Below are positions 13,001 to 25,368 of a stretch of DNA of 64,000 nt, one piece after another. The stretch's first letter is position 1. Each line of letters starts with the position of its first letter. Source of the stretch: Amphiscolops sp. MND2022 (Eukaryota). The DNA is taken from positions 60,698,001 to 60,762,000 of the forward strand of contig OZ076414.1 in assembly GCA_964187785.1 (NCBI GenBank), given 5' to 3'. Position numbers and translations under genes: made by a program. The notes under the pieces are model-generated. The model was not told the origin of the DNA and ran no database searches. It saw only the letters and a program-made list of their open reading frames with translations.

Positions 13001-16000
13001 GGAATGTCGAGTTTTCCTTCCACGCGAAATAGGCTCTACGTATTAAGCACAAACGGCGTTGACATAAAGCGTTGAGAACTATATCTTCCTGTTTGATTTT
13101 CTCTTTTTTAGCCTAAAACAAAGACAACTTTGATTGCAAGACTCCCAATTTCATGACCAATTTATGAAACTACTTTTCAAATTTAAAGGAAAAACAGAAA
13201 CCAGCAGAGAATCATAAAACAGGAACCAATAGCCATAATCTGGAGGTAGTGAATTGACTCGTGTATCGACAGTAAAATAATCAAGTTTTTGAAAATTTAG
13301 GTTTATTCAAAAAACAATTTAAACTATCTTTTCCAAATCCATTGATAGAAATCTGTTTCGCCTGTCAGCACATCTCAAATGATCGAAAGAACATACTTTC
13401 CACTAATCCAGAACTGGCCAGAACCTCCAGAAATAGATTTTTGATCCCTTGTTCTGGCACCTTTTCTCGCCAGAATGTCGTTTCATTCGTTTCCGAGTCA
13501 TTTTCGTGTCCGAGCGAACGCCGAATAACTTTTATACTCATGAATGAAAAATGTTCCATTTTCTCATGTAAATCGTGAACTTGGATTAAATCGAGTAGAT
13601 CGGTAGTTTGTGTAACGGTACAAAAAAATTCGTGTATTCTGGTACGGCACATGTATTGACGTCAATTCACTGACTGGAGGCAACGTAATTTTTGCACACG
13701 ACCGTGAGTATTTTCTAGACAAAAGACAACATACCATTTTACAATGGACTACTTAAGAATATATATTCAGGCAAAACATTTCCAAATCCATCATAAATAT
13801 AAGAGTGCCTAAAATACCCGAAGGAAGCCTTACTTTTGATGTTTCAGTTTTGAAAATGCGTTTTCTGAGCTTAAAGGGTCACACCTTTGAGTACCGGCAC
13901 TAATTTCGGCACTGTGCAACTTTTTTTCGAACAAAATTTTCCGAAGTAAATTGCAAATCCCGGTTATTGTTTTATTTTCAGTTGAAAACATTTTTCACCC
14001 AGAAAGGCCCCTAGGAAATTTTCCAATTTGTAACATTATACCAAAAATATCGCAGTGCAACTGCGCCTCTTGGTCACTGATTAAAAGATGGAATTCAATG
14101 AGTCTCGTCCAATACGGCTTAATTATGGACTCACGAAAAGAGTATAAATCGCGAAAACAGTGGACACTGAAAATAGTGCACATCTCCAGTGTGAATCCTT
14201 CGCCAACTGAGATTTTAAAAGTTATAACAAAGATCTCTCCAATTCTATTTCATGAACATAACAAACAACAGAAACAAAAATGAAATTGAGTAACATTTAA
14301 CACAATGTTACTTAGCCCAAACGCTTCTTGATTGAAAAACCATGCAACGGAATTCCATCTCCAACGAAAGGTCTACAAAATAAAGCAAGTCGTTGATAAG
14401 CATTTTATATCCAACAAATTACAGCAACAAATGGTGGACATAGTATACTGTCTATTACTCCGACCTAAGATCGTGTTGATACATTAGGGTACCAAAAAGC
14501 TAAGACACTCGATTTCACTGACAAAAATGTTCAAATCGCAATAAAATTTTGCATAATCGATTGACACAAGTCAGAGGGCAAAATTTTCTCAAAATTTGAT
14601 TAGAACTACAGGGGTATTTTTTGCTTTGAAGTCAAACAAAAATTATTATAACACTTAGATTATTTTTGACTTTTGGAACATTCTGAAAGTTATCATGCAT
14701 TATCTCGAAAACCGATGTTCGTAACAAAACATGCTTGCAACAAAGTTTGTACCAGTGATTCAGATCTTCAACTTTGGACTTCAATCCTTTCTCTTGAAAC
14801 ACCCTCTACTTTTTAGTCGGCGTTTTCGAAGAAAATCCCGACTCTTACAGTGGCTAGTTTTTTTTCGTCAGTTCAACGCGTAACGTCCACTTTTTGTGCA
14901 TTATAATGCACATTTACCAACTTTTACCATATGTACTTAATACTTCATTTTCAACGCACCCAAAGCGTCTAACATGAGAAAAAGCGTCCCCCTTTTACAT
15001 TTTCGGCACTATGCGACTTACCGGAAACTTCGAAAAAAAATTCAAAAAAATCGGAAATTTTTTTCTCAATTTTTAGTTTTTTGAGAGCTTTTGTTGTCTC
15101 CAGTTGTAGAAAAAGTGGTTTTCGAGTCTTTTCGAGCCTTAGATATGGCGCCGACTTGGGCCGTTCCCGGCTTGTTATTATTTATTATCCTGGTGCTTAG
15201 AAAAAGAGCTGCCATTTGTCCCAGCACGCTTTATCCGAACTTTTACCGTTATATACGAAGTTTTATTAAGGAGGAAGCGGAAGTTCGAATATATTGCGCT
15301 ATTTCCGCATTTTTAGTCGGCGCTTTTCTTAAGAAAAGAGCCCGACTATTACAGTCACTCGTTTTTTTTCTTTTTTTATTTAAGACAGACTCGAAGCGAC
15401 GAACGTTAAAATTAACGTTCAACTACTAAATACAGTACTACTAAAATACTGGCAGCGCATTTGAGATAGTGCAAAGGGTCCCCCCTTTCAGTAAGTCCAT
15501 TTTTATCGTAAGATACAAAACAGGACGAGACTATAGGGTCCCCCCTTTGAGTTTTTTTCGGCACTGTGCGACTTTTTTTTTCGAAATTTTTTTGTCCCCA
15601 AAGGGTCCCCCCTTCGAGTTTTTTGATATTTTGCAACGGAATGTATGTTAATAAATCCAGAAGGATCCCCCTTTTACATTTTTCGGCACTATGCGACTTT
15701 TTTTGAAAGAAAAAAATTTTTCAAAAATTTCAATTTTTTTCCAAAAATTTTTTTTGCGCTTTTTGAGCCTCAGATATGGCGCCGAGTTTAGACGTTCCCG
15801 TCTTGTTGACGTTATATCCAAACTACATTGCGTTTTATCAAGGAGAAGGTAAATTTTCGATTAAGCGTCTATTGTTAGCCAATTGAAGGCGGAAAGAATC
15901 CCGGTGCAAAGGGGGCGTCTTGTTAGCCAAATCGAGTGTCGTAGACGTTTTGGTACACCAGTGTACGTGGCGGCCAATTACCTTGTAGAGTTGTTGCCGA

Positions 16001-19000
16001 TATAAGGACCCTTTATGGACTGTCAACTTGACTTATCTTTTTGATTTGCAAGCAAATTGGCTCCAAATGATAAACTTTTCTAGCATTTTTAGCACAAAAA
16101 TACACTGTTTTTATCCAGAAAGTCGAAACGAGTAAAATTTTCCCTATTTTTCAATTTCATCGTTTCCACAAGCAACTGAACGCTTCTAGGTTTTTACAGT
16201 CAATCATATGAAATGGACCTGTAATTACATAACCAATATCTCAAAATTGATAATTGGAAGCTTCTTAAGATATCCAAATCTGTTTGAGTCAAAATTACCT
16301 GCCAATTTACTCATTTCTGTCGTGACAGATTGATTTATTTCAAACAAGAGTTGCCATTTCAAATGATTGACAGGCTCAAATTCGTATTTGAGAGCTATTG
16401 TTCTAAAGCAAATTTTTGGGTTACATTTGAAAATGTCCGAGGTTAAAATTTAATAAACAGAATGAAGTCAAAACATTGGTTGTAAGACTCAGCCCTCCTC
16501 TTTTCCGCGTCGCTTCGCTCATGCATTTAGGGCTCATCAGTATGTGAACGTAGCTAATCACAATTCTCTAATTTAAAAAAAATTAACTAGATTTTAACCA
16601 GATGCCAATTGTTGACAAATATTTTGTAACTCAAGAACTTTACGTGCTCCGTTTTTTTTGGACACCTAGTATTGAAAGATGTCTGACTTCAACAAGTGTT
16701 CAGAGAGTGAGTGAGCTCACCTTGATTTCAGAGTTAGAAGGTTGCACGGATCTGAGAACTCTGCCGGATCTTGTTTCGCAGATGCTGAATGACTGAAGAT
16801 GCAGTGACCTGAGGATGGACCTCGTCAGTTTCAGCTCCCCCGCCGCATTGTCGTTCAAAACGTAGTCATCACACAAGTAGCAGTAGACGAAAAGGTCATT
16901 AACCTAAAACATGATGTCATTAGCTTCCCATCGAGTACGTTTGCCCATAATCAGTAAGAAAAGTTAGCAACTTTCGAAATATTTCCATATTACCTGTTGT
17001 TTCAAAAAGTTTTCGAGAGAGCAATGTACAATCGAGTGTACTCTTACTTCGAGCGTTTTAATCTCTTCAAAAGTTCTGTTTGGGTACCGCAGAAAAAGAT
17101 CTACCGTTGATGCAATCATTCAAATAATCGAAAAATTCGAAATGACCAGTTTTCGTGTAAGTGTAATTGTTTGTTCCTCGACCTCCGCAAAGCCTTTGAC
17201 ACACTAGATCATGAACGTTAGATGATGAAACTAGAGCGGTATGGAATTAGAGGTCTTGCCTTAAAATGGTTCAAATCATACCTCGAAGGACGGAAGCAGT
17301 TTGTTCAGATCAATGAAACGACGTCTCAACCCAAGGTTTTGAGCACTGGCGTACCGCAGGGCTCGATATTGGGACCTTTGTTGTTTCTAATATATATGAA
17401 CGATCTGGAAGACATACGTTTTCACGTTTTCCCCCGACATTTTTTGCATATGATACAAATCTTTGATTTTCTATATCAAAAGCTAATTATAATGCAGATC
17501 AAAGTAACTATGAACTTTCCGTTATCGAAGAAGGGTTCAAAATGAACAAATTGATATTGAAATGATCGAAAACGAAAAGGGGTTTTCACGATAAGAAAAT
17601 ATATGTTTGATGAAAATTCGAGATACCGTCGCTTTTGAGAAATGAAATTCCAATAAAAGAGGCGCTTTCACCATTTTCGTCTATGATATCAGCTGTCTTC
17701 AGACTTTTGAAACTATAAGTGGGTCATTTGACGCCAGTTATTTCTCGATCTCGTCACCTCTGATGTAGCTAACCCTAAATGCACGATGGTACGATTTCGT
17801 ACCAATTAATTTTTGCAAACTTCTGAAGGCACCAGATGACCGCATGGTAAAGAAAACACTTGAATAAGATTTTCAGACGACATTACACAACATTGCACGC
17901 ATTGTCACGGAATATTGACTTGATATCTCTGAAATCAAGAAAACGGGACCAAAAAGTTGATAAACTGAGTGCATATTTTCGGTTTTTCTAGCTTCCATTT
18001 CCAGCCACTTTATCCCATTGGTATCGAGATTGGGTCAAAGCGGCCTTAGCATGTTTTGAAACATACTGAAATGCAATCAGACACCAGGAAGGTTTTGGCG
18101 CAAAGTCTGGCTCCCTCCCAGTGCCCCCAGCCCAGCACTTCATAAATCAATTTGAAAGCCCTGATTGTCTTCTTTCGAACGCGCTATAAATTGTTTAGGA
18201 GATATTGCAGTTTAAAGTTTAAACACAATATATTTTTTAGAAAACTTCCTCGTCCATTTAGGTTCAGAAATTGCGTTCAATTCCTAGATCCAAATGCTGT
18301 AGTATTAACAGTTCGTTGGGGAACCTTCTGTTTGAGATTAAATTTTTTCATTAAAACGACAAACCAATTGGTTCTCAAATGTATAATTTTTTATTCGAAA
18401 CAAAATTCTAAGATCATTACCTTACTTATTTTCAATTTGAAAAGTATCGACAATCTTTTATGAGACCACAATATTGTCCCACTCTTGCAGACCAAATCAT
18501 CAGCTAATGTAAGTTTTTTCTTTAAAAAATCCTCTCCGCATGAAATGAAATTATGCTTCATCCACAACGCAAAATTTACATCCAAAAGTTTTGAAGCGCA
18601 TTGAAACTTTCGTTACGAGTCAAGTGAACGTTCATTCAAGCTAGTTGAAGAGGCCTAATTAGTCAGCTACGGCAAAACCACAGAATTACTCATCATTACA
18701 ATTGAGAATTTAGAGTACAATGAACGCGATACTTCGAACGCAACGTGGGTCTTCAACTGAATAAAATAGAAAACGTTCTTAAATTGCAAACGGGCTCCAT
18801 GCTACGCTGGTACGATTTCAAACATGCTTACGACAAAAACGTGGCTCTAGCTTCAGGAACTAACTAATTTGCATGTATTGCTTATGGAGGCCTAAAATCA
18901 ACCACGGAATCTGGCTTAATATTACTAACAGCATAACATTAAAATGGTTTTTCCGTTAATTCTTCCGAAAAACTCACGTTTTAGTACCGAAAACCTTGTT

Positions 19001-21393
19001 TATTTAAATCATATTCAGACTGTTTTTGACAAGACTACTGAACCGGTAGCCTTAGACACATATTCACGCATTTGCATAATTCCTCTACAAAAATGGAAAT
19101 AGGTCCTCCGTTGTTTCAATTTTAAGAAATGAAGGCCGCGCCGGAATAATTTAGCTACATGTTGCTCGAACGTGAAAACTTGTCGTAATGCTTGTCAAAA
19201 CAAAGTATGCTTAGTAGCCCAACTTTTTGTTATTGAAATCAATGAATATTCATACTACATAAATATGCGCAGATTTAAAAAAACCTTGAAACGTTCAAAT
19301 ATGGAGATTCTTTGGCTCTCGATTGAACTTTTGTATAAACCAAAATCTGTTCAGCTTTTTCTTTTCCAGAAAATGTTAAAGAAGCAATTATTGTGTCTTC
19401 GAACGTTGTGAATATTCATACCCACCCAAAACTGCGAAAAAAAGTACAGCAATTGATCATTACAGTTGAAACTGAAGTTGTTTTGTGTGGGCTTTGTATG
19501 CCTTTTTCGAAAAAAAAACTGAACTTTCTCTTCTTAAAACGTATTGGGTAGTTGTTTCGTCCGTCGTTCAATTCAGTTGGTATTGTAAACTAGGAGATTA
19601 TCGTCACCTGGACTTTATTTGCAATTTTAAGCTCATTTTGAGGTATTTTTGTCCTAACGAGTCTCGTACGAAGAAGTTGAACAAAAATTGCAAAAGTGTC
19701 CAAAATGGAAGACATTTTCAAGAAAAAAACTGCTGACTTCTCTATTAAATGATCACCTAAATGAATGATTTTTTTCTTTTTGAAAGCTGTAAAACTTCAT
19801 ACACATGAAAACATTATTCTGCCGAATTTGTTTGAAACGGTCGAAAGAAAAAGTTTCGATATTTTGGGAGACATCATTGCATCTTTATTTTCCGCCCACA
19901 TATAATGGAGGAGGAAAATCATAATCTGTGTTGCGTTTTTTTCCAAATTCTGCCAAAAATCCTCCCAGTTAGCTCACCTATAGTTACTTGACTATTTTAG
20001 TTACTATTAACTGAAATAGTCAAGTAACTAAACTAAAACAGCTTAGAGGGGGGAATAAAGTGCGGATAAAATAACAATGCGGATTTCTTTTCAGGAGAGC
20101 GTCTTGGATAGCTGATCTTTCATAGTGGAGCTTCTTGGATTTCACAAGAAAAGACTCAAAAACTGAACCAAAACAGCAAGATATTGAAAAATGGAAAAAC
20201 TTTGGACTTTTCCAATTTTTGATGAACCATTTTGCAATTTTAGAGAATTTTCGCGGACTTTAGTGGGTTAGAATATTCAAAATGTTTCAGGCGAAACAAT
20301 GAGTAACAATCAGAACAGAACGCTTTTTCAAAGAGAAATTCAAAAGGTTTTGTTGAAAAGTCTCAAAAAAGACTCACAACACTTTCCGAATTCACACTCA
20401 AACCGAATTCCAATTTCTCCTCAAAAAAAAACCACCCTGGTATCTGGTCCTTTTGTCTTGGATCCTTTTGGATTTTCTAACCCACGAAAATAATTAAAAT
20501 CTACAAAAATTGCATTTTCGAAATTTTGGACTGTTTTGGAGGTCAGTTCGGTTCACAACTAGAAAAGTCCAAAAATCTTCAAAACATAAGACACGAAACT
20601 AAGTTTATGTCATTGGAATTTTATGTGAACTATTTCAATTTGGGTACGACATTGGAATATGGCAAGTTTTGGTTAAAAACACGTTGCTCAGTTAGTAATT
20701 TTCCTTTCCCATATGAAACATGTTCGGGAAATGAGAACGCATATGAAACTTGACAGGAGCACGTTCTTTCCTATTACCAAAGTTTAACAAGTCAAAAAAT
20801 TTCCTCTAGTTTGGATCACCAGGGTAGTATGAAACCGAAATATTCCCAAATTGTAGTGAAAACAATGGAAATGCAATTGAAACTTACAAGATCAAATTTA
20901 TGAACCCTTTTCAAATGTAATGAAAAAACGGGTAGAACCTCTTTAAAATATATAACCCCGACCAGAGATGACGGCAGCTTTTCAGAATTCAGTTTTCCCA
21001 GAAACAAGAAAAAGTTTTTTCGGAAAGTTATCATCTTAAACTCTTTCGATCATCGAAATTTAAAGCTATGATAGATTTCTTTTCATTCATTGTTTATAGT
21101 ACACGCTATATTAAATTCTATAATCAACGACTATAGTGTCATCTCTGGACCTGACCCCTATGAGTTGTGTTACTACTGACCTCAATGGCAAGTGGGTGGT
21201 TGGTCTTGTTGAAGTGTTTGAGGGCGTGTTCCTCGATGTACCTGCCACAGGCGACGCTGTTGCAGGAGAGACACGCCCACACACTCTCAGTGGTGCCGCA
21301 GTTCTCACTGTTGCAGCTCCACTCGCGGGGACTGAGCAGACACGAGTTGGAGGTCGGGAACAGAGAAGCCTTCGAGATGTGTTTACAATCCAT
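826..21393 (-). CDS. USP44: Ubiquitin carboxyl-terminal hydrolase 44/49-like gene (zf-UBP + USP/C19 peptidase), 9 coding exons, ~743 aa
   Basis: Exons 21181-21393, 16721-16903, 12844-13112, 11866-12041, 10482-10754, 8616-8874, 7730-8089, 1344-1571 and 826-1096 join in phase (2232 nt). Motifs: zf-[25 protein letters not shown], Cys box [19 protein letters not shown], His box [11 protein letters not shown] and HFNDA. It would be co-orthologous to vertebrate USP44 and USP49. Confidence 0.93.
1344..1571 (-). CDS. USP44: USP44/49-like exon 8
   Basis: Acceptor attttgtag|G and donor AG|gtaaac. Encodes [48 protein letters not shown]...YNLRAVV. Confidence 0.93.
1582..2334. mobile_element. pogo/Tc1-type MITE with nested DINE-like element
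   Basis: TA|cagccgaactcgaataaaagaaac ... gtttcttttattcgagcttgactg|TA: terminal inverted repeats with TA target duplication. Confidence 0.75.
1696..2270 (+). mobile_element. DINE-1/Helentron-like non-autonomous element (family copy a)
   Basis: Head aacaagacgggaacg...agtcgacg...tatctaaggctcaaaa, internal ggggaccc subrepeats, tail agtcgggc...gcgcgactaaaaa. Confidence 0.6.
4557..5790 (+). repeat. Diverged tandem duplication (~780 bp period) of a decayed coding sequence, probable TE relic
   Basis: 4557-4835 aligns by eye with 5338-5617, and 5155-5320 recurs at 6555-6720. Frames are broken by stops. Confidence 0.55.
7730..8089 (-). CDS. USP44: USP44/49-like exon 7
   Basis: Acceptor cgcgcag|T and donor AG|gtaggt. 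Encodes [32 protein letters not shown]...CLKC...[11 protein letters not shown]...YSCEFC. Confidence 0.93.
8616..8874 (-). CDS. USP44: USP44/49-like exon 6 (ends at a GA donor)
   Basis: Acceptor ttgtttgaag|GT. A Ser/Asn-rich insert is followed by [27 protein letters not shown]. The 3' boundary CACAG|gaatgt is inferred from phase and homology. Confidence 0.85.
8885..9318. mobile_element. hAT-type MITE
   Basis: TIR cagtgatgt/acatcactg with a perfect 8-bp TSD tcaaacaa (8877-8884 and 9319-9326). Confidence 0.85.
9337..9692. mobile_element. Second copy of the element at 1-715
   Basis: gaatcgaatgccggttgtactcatagctgaagcttcattg...gtcctcacttgaggacgaaat matches 339-700. Confidence 0.6.
10482..10754 (-). 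CDS. USP44: USP44/49-like exon 5 (variable insert in catalytic domain); boundaries uncertain
   Basis: Open frame with phase-1 ends matching its neighbours. Contains [16 protein letters not shown]. Alternative acceptor near 10651 and alternative donor at 10473 are both phase-compatible. Confidence 0.6.
11204..11740 (+). mobile_element. DINE/Helentron-like element (copy b) carrying an antisense tRNA B-box segment
   Basis: Head aagtcgggaacggcccaagtcggcgtcatatctaaggctcaaaa. gactcgaacccacg at ~11600 is a reversed GGTTCGAGTC. Confidence 0.55.
11866..12041 (-). CDS. USP44: USP44/49-like exon 4 (Cys box)
   Basis: Acceptor tctacttctag|T (alternative start 12053) and donor G|gtgaac. Encodes [34 protein letters not shown]. 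Confidence 0.88.
12844..13112 (-). CDS. USP44: USP44/49-like exon 3
   Basis: Acceptor tgttttag|GCT and donor GG|gtgggc. Encodes [14 protein letters not shown] and the basic NLS-like LLKKKRKR. Confidence 0.8.
13365..13560 (-). mobile_element. Possible hAT transposase C-terminal dimerisation-domain relic
   Basis: TFWREK...[14 protein letters not shown] resembles the hATC W-W/F...ASSASVERLFS motif. Weak. Confidence 0.3.
14810..15177 (-). mobile_element. DINE/Helentron-like element (copy c)
   Basis: ttttagtcggcg...ccgactcttacagtggc at the left end; ccttagatatggcgccgacttgggccgttcccggcttgtt at the right end. Confidence 0.6.
15310..15807 (-). mobile_element. DINE/Helentron-like element (copy d)
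   Basis: Same termini as copy c, with internal gggtccccc subrepeats. Confidence 0.6.
16721..16903 (-). CDS. USP44: USP44/49-like exon 2 (end of zf-UBP)
   Basis: Acceptor gttttag|GTT and donor AAG|gtgagc. 61 codons, [26 protein letters not shown]...[10 protein letters not shown]. Absent from the supplied ORF track. Confidence 0.93.
16925..17415 (+). mobile_element. L2/CR1-type LINE reverse transcriptase fragment (USP intron 1)
   Basis: Encodes [13 protein letters not shown]...[29 protein letters not shown]...[19 protein letters not shown]. Frameshifted and truncated. Confidence 0.85.
19830..20070. repeat. Interspersed repeat with 50-bp hairpin; relatives at ~33710-33930 and ~62545-62600
   Basis: Shared ggaggaaaatcatgatc...ccaaattctgccaa and tagttacttgactatttt blocks. 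Confidence 0.5.
21181..21393 (-). CDS. USP44: USP44/49-like exon 1 (zf-UBP)
   Basis: Encodes MDCKH...[47 protein letters not shown]. Donor GAG|gtcagt. Confidence 0.93.
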
Positions 21394-23396
21394 ACATACT
21401 TCGCTACACCTGCTGCAAAACCAGGGTTGTTATTAAAAACGATTGTTTCAATAAAAAGATTTTTTGTTTCAAACGTTTTAAACTGTTTTAAAACACTTTG
21501 TTCCTTCAATTTCCAATGAAGAGATATTCAATATCAAAAAATATCGGAAAATTTTACAAAGAATCACTATTCAGTAAGCGATAACCAAATGCAAGTTCTG
21601 ACACTTTCTCTGGATTGCGGTGATTTCTGAGGTTTTTCTTTCTATGTGCTCGAATATCATTGGCTAAGAAAAAACACATTGTTTTATATAAATACTGTGT
21701 TTTAAAACGCTTGAAACAATCCCTGTTTTATAACATAACAACCCTGAGCAAAACAGGGGTAAGCAGGGTTGGGGGATACTCATAAAAATCAATTATATCC
21801 TAGACGGCAAGGAACTATTCGATATTTTTTACTGAGGTTCCTCCTTTAACTCAATTTCCCTTTCCTTTAGTAAGGCTTTCAAGGGCAAAACTTTTTAAAG
21901 AGCAGCAGTAATGCTCATTTTCTGCCCTGTTTAGGTTTAAATTTGTTTGTATTTGATTTACCATCTAACGAAATGAACTTCAACTTTACTTTGAATATTG
22001 AATTGGAATGAAAAGAAAAACTCTCAACAATTCACAATTTTTGCTAGAACAAGCAGAGCTGAGTGGTTTTTTGAAAACTGTAATTTGAAAATTTCATTAC
22101 ACAAGACGGCCGTTGAGCACTGGGTTATTTGCCGCTCTGAAGTATCTTAGCAAGTACGTATTGTTAAAGCCCGTAACCAATAAACTAAAAAAAAAACTTT
22201 GACAAAGTTCAAACAATGACATTTTGGGACTTTTCGGTTTTTCAGTCAAAAAAACCTTTTTTGGAAACGCACGATTTCTTTATAAATATGATATTAGCTG
22301 ATTGTTTTTTCGTAAAACTGAGCTCTATGGTTATTGATACCTACGAAATTTGAAAAAAAATGCACAACAATTTCGTAAATGGAACGAAAATTGGAAACAT
22401 TTGGCATTTATTGCTATTTTTAGGCACTTTTTATGGTAGTTGAGTTTTATACCTCGAACTTATATCACATTTTTGAGGTAATTTCAAAAGATAGTTCAAT
22501 TCATAGATACTTTTATGTAATATCACCAAAATGAGGAAAAAAATTGATTATTGAAGGATTTATTTTTGAATACAGCCCATTATGCTGAAGGTTCGTTCAT
22601 TGGCGGAAAAACTGAACAAGACGCCCGCTGAGGAGCGGGATATTTTCCGCCCCGAACTGTTCTACAACTACATTTTCGTCATTTTCGTCATTTTTTAAAA
22701 AAACTTCAAAAATCTCTACAAATACATATCGCACGAAGCTAAATTTATGTGGGTTGAATTCTATGGGTAACACCCTTAAATTTAAATATAAATAAAATCT
22801 TGGCAAATTTTGTAAAAAAAAAAAAAAAAACCCCGTTTGATTTAAATATTTTCCTTTCCCATATGAAATATGGGCGGAAAATAATAATTGGTAGTTGTGT
22901 GGGTCAAAAATTCCAAGTGAGAACCTTTTCTAACCCTGCTTGCCCAACAACTCTTTTCCGTGGTTATTTTATTTTCAAGTTCCAGACACGATGACGATAA
23001 TTGTTGCTCCAAAGTGCCAGAAAGTTCCAATTGAGGTTCAGATCGGAAACTGCAGATACGTCCTTTTTGGTATATTATGGATTGTTTCAACTCCAACAGG
23101 TAAAATCACACAGCTAATTAAAGTGAAGAGACGGTAAGAACTTAAAAGATCTTTCATCGGTAACTACAGTAAAACCAAATCTGAAAAACAAATGAAAAAT
23201 GAAGAATTATTATCGCAATAATTTGAAATTTTAATGTTTAACAAAGACACATACATCCAATGATATCTTGAAACCAGTGATGAACCATTTAATTTTTAAA
23301 GGAAAATAAAACATCTAATAAATGACTTATGATTTTATTGGATCCATTAAATTGTATTTTAGAACAAACTGTTCCAAAAATTGCGATATTCATTTT

Positions 23397-24623
23397 CAGA
23401 GATTTGACACCGCTGTTGAGCGATTTAGCGACCGCTCAGAAATTTTTCAGCGATTCAAATTGGCGGTAACTGATAGAATGTCAAAATTGAAACGTTCGTC
23501 CGAGTATACTCAGATATTGAGAATGAATTGAAAAAAATCCAACTCTTACCCCTGTAAAACCCAGAGTATAAAAAATTCTGGACTTTTTTCTCGCAAAAAC
23601 AATCAAGTTATTATCAAAACACATTTCAAGTCAAACGTTCAAATAGTTTGAAGAAAAAGCACTTCAGCTAAATACAGTGGAGTTCGCTTATTAGCAATTG
23701 CTCTAATAGCAAGATTCATATATTAGCAAGTAAAAAATCCTCCCGAGCGGTATACGGTGTGAGATTGTTTGCCTATTAGCAATTTTCTTAATAGCAAGAT
23801 TTTTTATTAGCAAGGATTTTTCATGTCCCGGGAGTCACTTTTCTCAGAAATATTCGCTTAATAGCGAGATGGAAGGTGAAATTCTGTGACATTTCTGAGA
23901 AATAGGCACAATGCGTTTACATGCACATGCAAAGGAGTCTTGTTATTTTATTCAATAATTGAATCTGTTGATATCTTCAGATTGGTTAATATGTCTACCA
24001 AACGTCCACGCACGGAACTTTCATTGTGTAAGAAATATGATATTGTTAAAGAGCTGAACGGGGGCGCGAAGCAGGCCGATGTGGCCAAAAAATATGGGAT
24101 CAATGAGTCAACCGTTTCTAGAATTAAAAAAGAGCGTCAATCCATTTCAAAAAAATTTGAAACGGGTGAGAAAAACCCAAAGCAAAAAAGAAACCGCAAT
24201 ATTGGCTTTGCAGGAAAATGTTTGGAAAAGACGAAAAGATGCCCCAACTTCAAACTCCAGCTGGAGATACTGTTTTGACCATTGACAGCGATGAAGAAAC
24301 AGAGGAAAATGAAGAATGCCCCGTGCGCGCTCAAGATGCATTGAATGCAGTTGGGTTAATACGGCGCTTTCTTGCCAACCAAGAAGGTAGATGGCATCAC
24401 ATGAACAATCTGATGAACATTGAAGACTTTATTTCTATTCAGCGACAAGAGAATATGCATCAAACTACATTAAATGCTTATTTTTCCAATATTTAAGGGA
24501 ATTTAATTCATGTTTGCATATTAGAAAGTTTTTTTATTAGCAAGATTTACGAGGACCCCCTGCGACTTGCTATTAAGCAAACTCTACTGTAACGATTTTG
24601 AAATTAGAGATGTCAAAACCCTG
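23397..24623. mobile_element. hAT-type MITE (cagagttttgac/gtcaaaaccctg family) interrupted by a Tigger-like element
   Basis: The left end matches 41630 and 32963; the right end gatgtcaaaaccctg resumes right after the 23675-24589 insertion. Confidence 0.7.
23675..24589 (+). mobile_element. pogo/Tigger (CENP-B-like) internally deleted transposon, 915 bp
   Basis: TA|cagtggagttcgcttattagcaa ... ttgctattaagcaaactctactg|TA. Has a psq/CENP-B N-terminal HTH ORF at 23991-24278 and an out-of-frame acidic C-terminal piece ending QTTLNAYF. No DDE domain. Confidence 0.9.
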
Positions 24624-25139
24624 CTCTGTACGTACCAAAAGGACTACAAGAGTTGCTGTTGCGATAATCGGTTTAGAAAAGTTTAAATAGGACATCAGTG
24701 GTTGAAAGTGCGATACATCACAATCATTCATAGTAATTTACAATGGGTTGCTTTGATGAGTTTCTATCATTTAATCAATGGGAAGTTTCACGAATCCACG
24801 AAGTGAGTATTCAATGGGTTCGTTGTATTGGTCATCACTGCTTGATACAAAATGGCCTAGTTTTTAAGAACATGTGATTTCTAGGTCACAGGATCCGATA
24901 TCAGACACATGTCATTTTTAAAGCATGCTCACTTTCAAGGCACGATAGCCTGGTGGTTAGAGCACGAGATTTTGAGAGAGAGCGTCGTGTGATCCAACCT
25001 CACAACATTGAGTTCTTTTAATTTGAAATATACTTCTCTATATATACGACGATATATCTAGTGTTATGACCTTTCGAACCTTACGTATTCCCGGCTTGTT
25101 TATTTAAAAATGAAACTTGAAATTCCGAGCGCTTTCGAG

Positions 25140-25368
25140 CCATCAGGTAGAGGATTTGAATGCAGCATTGACCTTGAGCAAGTCAATTGGAAACCACAGC
25201 TTCAAGTCCACCATTGCTTGAAATCGACCTTGGCTTCAAATATGGTAGCATAGCTTGCCACGGGGAGATGGTATCCAAAAGGGCACCGACTTAGAAAAGC
25301 AGAACTGCTTATTCGGCGTCCACCCCGCGGTAATGGAGAAATTAACTACTCTACTCTACTCTACTCTA
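25140..25368 (+). mobile_element. SINE with gaccttgagcaagtca motif and (CTACT)n tail; related copy at ~31760-31910
   Basis: Degenerate B-box ggatttgaatgc, a post-tRNA gaccttgagcaagtca motif and a tandem ctact tail. Confidence 0.55.
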
